Source: Acutalibacteraceae bacterium | Lineage (GTDB): Archaea > Thermoplasmatota > Thermoplasmata > Methanomassiliicoccales > Methanomethylophilaceae | Assembly: GCA_963646785.1 (NCBI GenBank) | Contig: CAVIXW010000002.1 | Location: forward strand, 1-40,626 | Length of the DNA: 40,626 bases | Reading direction: 5' to 3' | Shown: one piece after another, positions 35,029 through 40,626 of the stretch | Numbering within the stretch: position 1 is the first letter of the stretch | Layout: the number at the start of each line of letters is the position of its first letter | Program-made: the position numbers and the translations under genes | The notes under the pieces: generated by a model | What the model was told of the DNA's origin: nothing | The model's database searches: none | What the model saw: the letters and a program-made list of their open reading frames with translations, nothing else

Positions 35029-35607
35029 TTGGATGACCTTAAAAAAATAGGAATATACATCGATCTGAGCAATGTGGAAGACAGTTCTGCCGACCTTAAC
35101 TGTATGGGAATGGCAATCGATTACTCGCTTTTGGTCCAGGACCTATCTGAGGGATATAGATTGACGGTGCTCAGGGCATACGACGGAGTCCCAACCACCG
35201 GATGTTCGAAATTGCAAAATTCTTTGCGGTCGTCCGGATTCGAAGTTAAATTGTATACTCCTCAGAAGTTTGTCGACGACGGGGGAAAGAAAGATTGGAG
35301 ACAGAAGGAGGTGGATACCGCCATCACGACGGACGTATCGTGGGATCTTGCAATGAAGAAGGTCGATACCGCCGTGATCGTTTCGGGGGACCGCGATATG
35401 CACCCCGCGGTCACGCGGGCCATCGAAGAGGGATGCGACGTGCGCATCGTGGCATTGAGGGATTCCCTGAGCGACGATTATCTGAAAACTCTTGAAAAGT
35501 ACACTCTGCTGGAGGATTACGAGGTCTTCCTCCTCAGCGATTCCTCGGAGCCCATTCCGAATTTCGTTTCTTCCGTTGTTTCTGTGGAGACTGTCGCCGA
35601 TGAATAA
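35029..35607 (+). CDS. NYN-domain (LabA/DUF88, PIN-like) putative ribonuclease
   Basis: IYIDLSNV, QKEVDTAITTD and IVSGDRDMHP, with the acidic active-site residues present. TTG 35029 after RBS AGGTGA is preferred over GTG 35020. Confidence 0.88.
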   Translation: MDDLKKIGIYIDLSNVEDSSADLNCMGMAIDYSLLVQDLSEGYRLTVLRAYDGVPTTGCSKLQNSLRSSGFEVKLYTPQKFVDDGGKKDWRQKEVDTAITTDVSWDLAMKKVDTAVIVSGDRDMHPAVTRAIEEGCDVRIVALRDSLSDDYLKTLEKYTLLEDYEVFLLSDSSEPIPNFVSSVVSVETVADE

Positions 35608-36637
35608 GTGCGATGTTTTTCTTACCAATGTTCCCAAGAAACTGATTAAGCAGAAGAAGAAAAAACAGAAGGAGGAAAAGAAAGCTTCTGAAAATCCTTC
35701 GGATGAGCCTGCTAAGAAGAAAATATGTACCCTGACGGTGGATTCGGAGGATAGGGTATTCACAATCGTCTCGGATGACCGGAACGGACAGCTCATGGCC
35801 TCCGACGGAGAGGACACCTATTCTATCCATAACCTCGGTAATTGTGCCGTTGGCGAAAAATGGAACGGTAAACTGATCGATATTTCCGGTGGATCGGTAG
35901 CATACCTCGTTCGGCTCAACATCGATCCGGAACCCGAAGAGAACGTCGTGGAGATATCCGAGGATGCGGCGGAAGTGAACGTCGTGGAGATATCTGATGC
36001 TTCGACGGAAGAGAACGTCGAAGATGCGCAACCTGATACCGAACCGGCCGTCGATGTCGCCGCCGTCGAAGAAAGCAGTCCCGCAGACGAGGGATCGGAT
36101 CTTGTCAAAGAGCTGAGAAAAAAGCTCAGGGATGCAAATTTGCGGATAACTGCGCTCGAAAAGCAACTCGAGGAACTGCCTCAGCTGAGAGAGGATAAGA
36201 AACGGTTGGAACGTGCCAATAAAAGTTTGACGAAACAGGTACAAATTCTTGAAAAAAAGGGCAATATCCGTGATTTCGAGAATATCTCAAGCGAGCTGGA
36301 CCGTTACAAATCAGAATGTAATGCGAAAGACAAGGAGATCGCAAGATTACGCAACCTTTTGGTATATTATGGTTCTTCTTCGAAAGAGGATGCGCCGAAA
36401 GCGTTCATCACGGGAGATACATCCATTCACTCTATGATGTTCGATTGCATGAAGTACAGAGTATACTTCAGCCCCGGTAAGAAAACACTGCGTTTCATTC
36501 CGGACGATAAGGGGTCGGTGACCGTGAATGACAAAGAGGTCACGATCCCCGCCCTCGGCAGATATAGCAATTACCTGAAACCGAGGGCTCTCAAGGTAGA
36601 GAAGAACGGGTCGGAAATACTGATCCGCCTGACCTGA
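35600..36637 (+). CDS. Hypothetical protein with acidic linker and long coiled coil
   Basis: ATG 35600 overlaps the NYN 3' end. Basic N-terminus, acidic repeats (NVVEIS twice), heptad region LVKELRKK...IARLRNL and a small beta-rich C-terminal domain. Confidence 0.75.
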   Translation: MNKCDVFLTNVPKKLIKQKKKKQKEEKKASENPSDEPAKKKICTLTVDSEDRVFTIVSDDRNGQLMASDGEDTYSIHNLGNCAVGEKWNGKLIDISGGSVAYLVRLNIDPEPEENVVEISEDAAEVNVVEISDASTEENVEDAQPDTEPAVDVAAVEESSPADEGSDLVKELRKKLRDANLRITALEKQLEELPQLREDKKRLERANKSLTKQVQILEKKGNIRDFENISSELDRYKSECNAKDKEIARLRNLLVYYGSSSKEDAPKAFITGDTSIHSMMFDCMKYRVYFSPGKKTLRFIPDDKGSVTVNDKEVTIPALGRYSNYLKPRALKVEKNGSEILIRLT

Positions 36638-36638
36638 G

Positions 36639-36719
36639 CATGGTTGCACCATGACCTGCGGCCATATGTCGAATGTGACCGCAGGACCATCCGTTCGCAC
36701 CTGCGAACGGATAAACCAT
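36639..36719. other. Cluster of three tandem hairpins (terminator or structured RNA)
   Basis: CATGGT/ACCATG; CCTGCGG-C-CATAT/ATGTG-A-CCGCAGG; ATCCGTTCGCA/TGCGAACGGAT. Confidence 0.5.
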
Positions 36720-36898
36720 TTCTGAAATTCTATCGTTGCCATTATCTCAGCCGAAGGTTCGCATGCGATCGGAGACCGTACGCTCGTATGACAAGGTGGA
36801 GTCCCCTGGGACTAACAGGGATCTTCGGGAGTGGAGCAGCCGAATTTTTTAACAGGACATAAAAAGGTTTTTTTATAGTTGGATGAATATGCCATTAT

Positions 36899-37489
36899 AT
36901 GTCCGTCAACAGAATTCTAAACAAGATTCTATCTCAGGACGGGGTCTATGACGTTTTCATTCTTGACGGCCCCTCGATGGTTCGTCTCGAAATGGAAGAG
37001 TCGAAGAATTGCGGCCTAGGCTGCAAATACGAGAACCACGCACTCACCAAAAGCAGAACCAAGGATTTCAAGGTCTGCGTTTTCTCGAAGAATTTCCTTG
37101 AAAGTCCGACCGATATGCTGACCGCGATGGTAGACGACGAGGGCACCGTGTTCGGTCATGACGTGCCGATGTGCATGCCCCGGAACAAGATTCCCGAGGG
37201 TGCGGTCTGGGCCACCAGCTCTTTTGTCGTATATCCCAATTCGATGCCGAAATCGGATCTGAAATTCGTGGTCCTTCCTCATACGCTTTCGTTTTTGGGT
37301 GAAGCCGACGGAGCGGCCAACGTGGTCGCCTTCAATCCTTCGAGGGCGTCGGATATCTTCCTCCGTGAAAAATTCGGATTCGACAGCTCGCTTCCCAACG
37401 CGATGTCGACCATCGTCGCCATGGACCTTCTGGGCAACCGAATGCCTGCGGACGGGGCATCGGACCGATGTGCCGACAGAGGAGAATGA
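36899..37489 (+). CDS. Hypothetical protein
   Basis: 196-aa ORF preceded by BRE/TATA-like AAAAAGGTTTTTTATA. No recognised motif. Confidence 0.7.
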   Translation: MSVNRILNKILSQDGVYDVFILDGPSMVRLEMEESKNCGLGCKYENHALTKSRTKDFKVCVFSKNFLESPTDMLTAMVDDEGTVFGHDVPMCMPRNKIPEGAVWATSSFVVYPNSMPKSDLKFVVLPHTLSFLGEADGAANVVAFNPSRASDIFLREKFGFDSSLPNAMSTIVAMDLLGNRMPADGASDRCADRGE

Positions 37490-37527
37490 ACCGATCTCCC
37501 CCGCCGAGGATATTCCGGGAAAAACTT

Positions 37528-37968
37528 TCAGTTTCTGGTTCCGATATAGTGAAGGTGTCCGGATGATTTGGACGCCATGGTGAGCTTGCACCTGAGGACG
37601 CCTTTGAGGGAACCCAGGTCGTTGGTGAGTTTCTTCAGGACCCCGAGTTCGCCTTCCAATGCGATGACCTCCATGCACATCTCGTGGTCGAGATGCATGT
37701 GGATGGTGGTGTAGATCGTGTCCAAGGCCTCGTGCTGGATCTCGGTGATCTTGTCGGTGAGTCCGTTCGCATCATGGCTGTAGACGATGGTGATGATCCC
37801 GCACATGAACTCCTTGTCGTTCTTCCATTCGTTTTCCGCAAGAGTGTCGCGGACCAGGTCGCGGATAGCTTCCGATCTGCTGACATATCCTTTCTTCTGA
37901 ATGACCTTGTCGAATTTGGCGAGCAGCTCGGGCTCCAACGATACGCCGATACGGGTTACGCCGTCCAT
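37528..37968 (-). CDS. nikR: Nickel-responsive regulator NikR
   Basis: RHH domain RIGVSL...SRSEAIRDLVR; Ni site QH-x10-HMH-x5-C. Confidence 0.95.
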   Translation of the reverse strand: MDGVTRIGVSLEPELLAKFDKVIQKKGYVSRSEAIRDLVRDTLAENEWKNDKEFMCGIITIVYSHDANGLTDKITEIQHEALDTIYTTIHMHLDHEMCMEVIALEGELGVLKKLTNDLGSLKGVLRCKLTMASKSSGHLHYIGTRN

Positions 37969-38057
37969 GAGCGTAATATAAGCATTATTCTAATTAAAGT
38001 ATGTGCTTAATGCATACCAAAATTTTGTTGAGTATTACGCGAACCATTCATTTATAG

Positions 38058-38873
38058 GTGGTGGAAATACACTATCCCAATATGTCCGAACTATCTCAGA
38101 AGCTCGCCGAACTGCTGCAGAGATCTGTGGCCGAATGTACCGAAGGCAGGAACGTGGCCATTGCGTTCTCGGGAGGATTGGATTCCGGACTCGTGGCGGC
38201 ATTGGCGAAAAGGTACGCCTCGTCCGTGCACCTTTACACAGTCGGTACGAAAGGTTCCCACGACGTGGAGGCCGCAAGAGAGATCGCCCCCCTCCTGGGA
38301 CTCGATCTGACCGTGATCGATCTGGAGGATGATGCGATAATCGACAATCTCCGCGACCAGATCCGCATCACGGGGACCGACAGCCCGCTCACGCTGGCTT
38401 TCGAAATGCCGCTCTACTGCGTGATGAGGGCCTGCTGCGAAAGCCTCATCCTCGGGGGACAGGGGGCGGACGAGCTTTTCGCCGGCTACTCGAAATATGT
38501 CGGAATGAAGGATCTTCCGATGAGGGACGAAATGGCCAAGGACCTGGCAAAGCTCTTCACTTCCACGAAAACCCACGAAGCGAAGATGGGGGAATTCTTC
38601 GGAAAGACGGTGAAATACGCATATCTCGACAAAGACATCGTCGCATTGTCGCGCAACGCCCCGACCTCCGCCCTCCGTTCCGTCGACGGGGACGTCCGCA
38701 AGAAACTGCTTTCGGATGCCGCAAGAGATCTGGGATACGATTTCCTCGCAGACCGCAAAAAGAAGGCCGCACAGTACGGCTCGGGGACCATGGATTCGAT
38801 CCGCAGAATCTGCAAGCAACGCGGGACCACCTACAACCAGCTGGTGGACGGATTGAAACGTTCTTCGGAGTGA
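38058..38873 (+). CDS. Asparagine synthase C-terminal (ATP pyrophosphatase) domain protein, no glutaminase domain
   Basis: AFSGGLDS, GQGADELFAGYSKY, RKKLL and KKAAQYGSG. Confidence 0.85.
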   Translation: MVEIHYPNMSELSQKLAELLQRSVAECTEGRNVAIAFSGGLDSGLVAALAKRYASSVHLYTVGTKGSHDVEAAREIAPLLGLDLTVIDLEDDAIIDNLRDQIRITGTDSPLTLAFEMPLYCVMRACCESLILGGQGADELFAGYSKYVGMKDLPMRDEMAKDLAKLFTSTKTHEAKMGEFFGKTVKYAYLDKDIVALSRNAPTSALRSVDGDVRKKLLSDAARDLGYDFLADRKKKAAQYGSGTMDSIRRICKQRGTTYNQLVDGLKRSSE

Positions 38874-38877
38874 GATC

Positions 38878-40152
38878 GTGGACCGCAGGGCCGATACGAA
38901 GGAGCGTCAGTTGAAATGGCTCTACGGCCTTCAGCTCAACGGGGTGCGCCTGGGTCTCAGGAACACCGAGGTTCTTCTGAAGAGGATGGGCAACCCCCAG
39001 AACAGGTTCCGTTCGATCCATGTCGCCGGCAGTGACGGAAAGGGGTCCGTCTGCGCGATAATGGCATCCGTCCTCCGCAAAGCGGGGTACAAGGTAGGAC
39101 TGTTCACTTCCCCGCACATCCTTTCGTTCAACGAAAGGATCTCCATCGACGGGGAACCGATATCCGATCCGAAACTGGCAGAGCATTCCGCCAAGGCGCG
39201 TCATTTCGTGGACGATATGAAGGAAAGCGAGATCTACTGCACATTTTTCGAGGTAACCAGTGCTATTGCCTTCGATTATTTCGCCTGCGAAAACGTGGAT
39301 ATCGCGGTGATAGAGGTGGGGATGGGGGGACGTTACGACGCCACGAACACAATCGTTCCGGAGGTTTCCGTGATATCCAACATCAGTCTCGAACACAAGG
39401 AGTATCTCGGCGATACGATAGAGAAGATCGCCTACCAGAAGGCGGGGATAATAAAGAAAGGCGTTCCGTCCGTGACGCTGAACACGGGCGACGCACTCCG
39501 GACCATATCCCGGGTCGCCGAAGAGATGGACTCCGATCTCACCTCCATCGATCCCGCATCCGTGACCGTGGTGAGGAATCTTCCCGACGGGTCGGAGTTC
39601 ATGTACCGGGACAGGAAGCACAAGGTTTCGATCCCGGGGAGGAACGAGGCAAAGGATGCGGCGCTCGCCATAGAGGCCCTTATGAAACTTCCGGAATACG
39701 GGGAACGTATCGCGCCCCGTCTCGAGGAAGGTCTTTCGGAGGTCAGATGGCCCTGCAGGCTGGAGGATCTCGGAAACGGATTCCTCCTCGACGTGACCCA
39801 TACCTCTGCCGGATCGCAGGGTCTTGCCAGGGATGTGGCCGAGATCTACGGGAAGGTGGTGATAGTCCTCGGACTTCTCGAAGACAAGGATGTATTCAAT
39901 ATCTCGCTCAATCTGTCCGCCGTGGCCTCGTCAATCGTGGTCACGGCACCCGGCTGCACCCGGGCCAGATCCGCCGGGAGCACTCTCGAGACGGTCAGAC
40001 GGTTCTTTCCCGCGGCGGTGGCGGCAGACGGTGTCGGCGAAGCGATAGAATATGCCGAAAAACTCCGGAAAGACCATGAGTACGTGCTTATTACCGGTTC
40101 GTTCTATATGGCGGAGGAGGCATTGAGATGGATGGGCAGGACATCTCTGTGA
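38878..40152 (+). CDS. folC: Folylpolyglutamate/dihydrofolate synthase
   Basis: IHVAGSDGKGS, FTSPH...NERI, EVGMGGRYDATN, WPCRLE and TGSFY. Confidence 0.9.
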   Translation: MDRRADTKERQLKWLYGLQLNGVRLGLRNTEVLLKRMGNPQNRFRSIHVAGSDGKGSVCAIMASVLRKAGYKVGLFTSPHILSFNERISIDGEPISDPKLAEHSAKARHFVDDMKESEIYCTFFEVTSAIAFDYFACENVDIAVIEVGMGGRYDATNTIVPEVSVISNISLEHKEYLGDTIEKIAYQKAGIIKKGVPSVTLNTGDALRTISRVAEEMDSDLTSIDPASVTVVRNLPDGSEFMYRDRKHKVSIPGRNEAKDAALAIEALMKLPEYGERIAPRLEEGLSEVRWPCRLEDLGNGFLLDVTHTSAGSQGLARDVAEIYGKVVIVLGLLEDKDVFNISLNLSAVASSIVVTAPGCTRARSAGSTLETVRRFFPAAVAADGVGEAIEYAEKLRKDHEYVLITGSFYMAEEALRWMGRTSL

Positions 40153-40626
40153 TCCTCGGGCGGATGTCCGAGGCCTACACGGGCGGGGCGTATCCCGGAC
40201 GTAATTCGGAAGGCCTGAATCCCGAATGGCCCTGCGATCCTTTTCACGTTCTTATCACAACCATTCTGTCCCAGAGGACCAAGGACGACAACACCCGCAA
40301 AGCTTCCGACAATCTTTTCCGCAGATTCGGATCCGTTGCCGAACTCGCCGATGCGGAACCTGCCGAAGTGGCAGAACTGATCCGTCCTGCCGGTTTTCCC
40401 AATCAGAAGGCCAGGGCCATCGTGGACTGCTGCCGCGTTCTCCGCGACAGGTATGATTCGCAGATCCCGGGGAGCACCGAAGAACTGATCTCGTTGCCGA
40501 TGGTCGGCAGGAAGACGGCCGCCTGCGTCCGTTCATATGCGATGAACATCCCCTCGGTATGCGTCGATACTCATGTTCATCGGATATCGAATCTGATGGG
40601 GCTCGTTCGTACGAAAACGCCTGAAG
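40128..40626 (+). CDS. nth: Endonuclease III (partial, runs off the window; absent from the ORF track)
   Basis: Manual translation from ATG 40128 (RBS GGAGG) gives DPFHVLITTILSQRTKD, the HhH motif LPMVGRKTA and VDTHVHRISN. Confidence 0.92.
   Translation, partial: MDGQDISVILGRMSEAYTGGAYPGRNSEGLNPEWPCDPFHVLITTILSQRTKDDNTRKASDNLFRRFGSVAELADAEPAEVAELIRPAGFPNQKARAIVDCCRVLRDRYDSQIPGSTEELISLPMVGRKTAACVRSYAMNIPSVCVDTHVHRISNLMGLVRTKTPE

Noticed and set aside
36644..36862. 72-aa ORF in the hairpin region
   Set aside because: TTG start without an RBS, Arg-rich atypical composition, and better explained by RNA/DNA structure.

Overview
A 40.6-kb archaeal chromosomal segment, most likely from a Methanomassiliicoccales-type methanogen. 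This assignment is inference from RpoL, Dph5, Trm5, a helicase-only Hef, CbiZ/CobY, FolC, short or leaderless TATA promoters and the absence of TAG stops in 32 complete CDSs. Housekeeping genes (truD, rpoL, lig, hef, acd, dph5, trm5, dcd; topA, nikR, folC, nth) flank an ~18.6-kb cluster at 12775-31401. One arm of the cluster is an uncharacterised nitrogenase-like reductase (NifH-NifD fusion plus a second component-1 subunit). The divergent arm holds a four-repeat surface protein, a BtuF-like binding protein, a tandemly duplicated beta-propeller protein (one copy fused to a BtuC/FecCD permease), a second permease, an ATPase, and a cobD-cbiB-cbiZ(cobZ)-cobS-cobY cobamide salvage/remodelling operon. 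A second unusual module at 33953-36720 is a CARF-like/wHTH regulator divergent from a NYN ribonuclease, a coiled-coil protein and a hairpin-rich non-coding tail. I recognised no rRNA, tRNA, CRISPR array or transposase. All assignments come from motif recognition by eye, without database searches.
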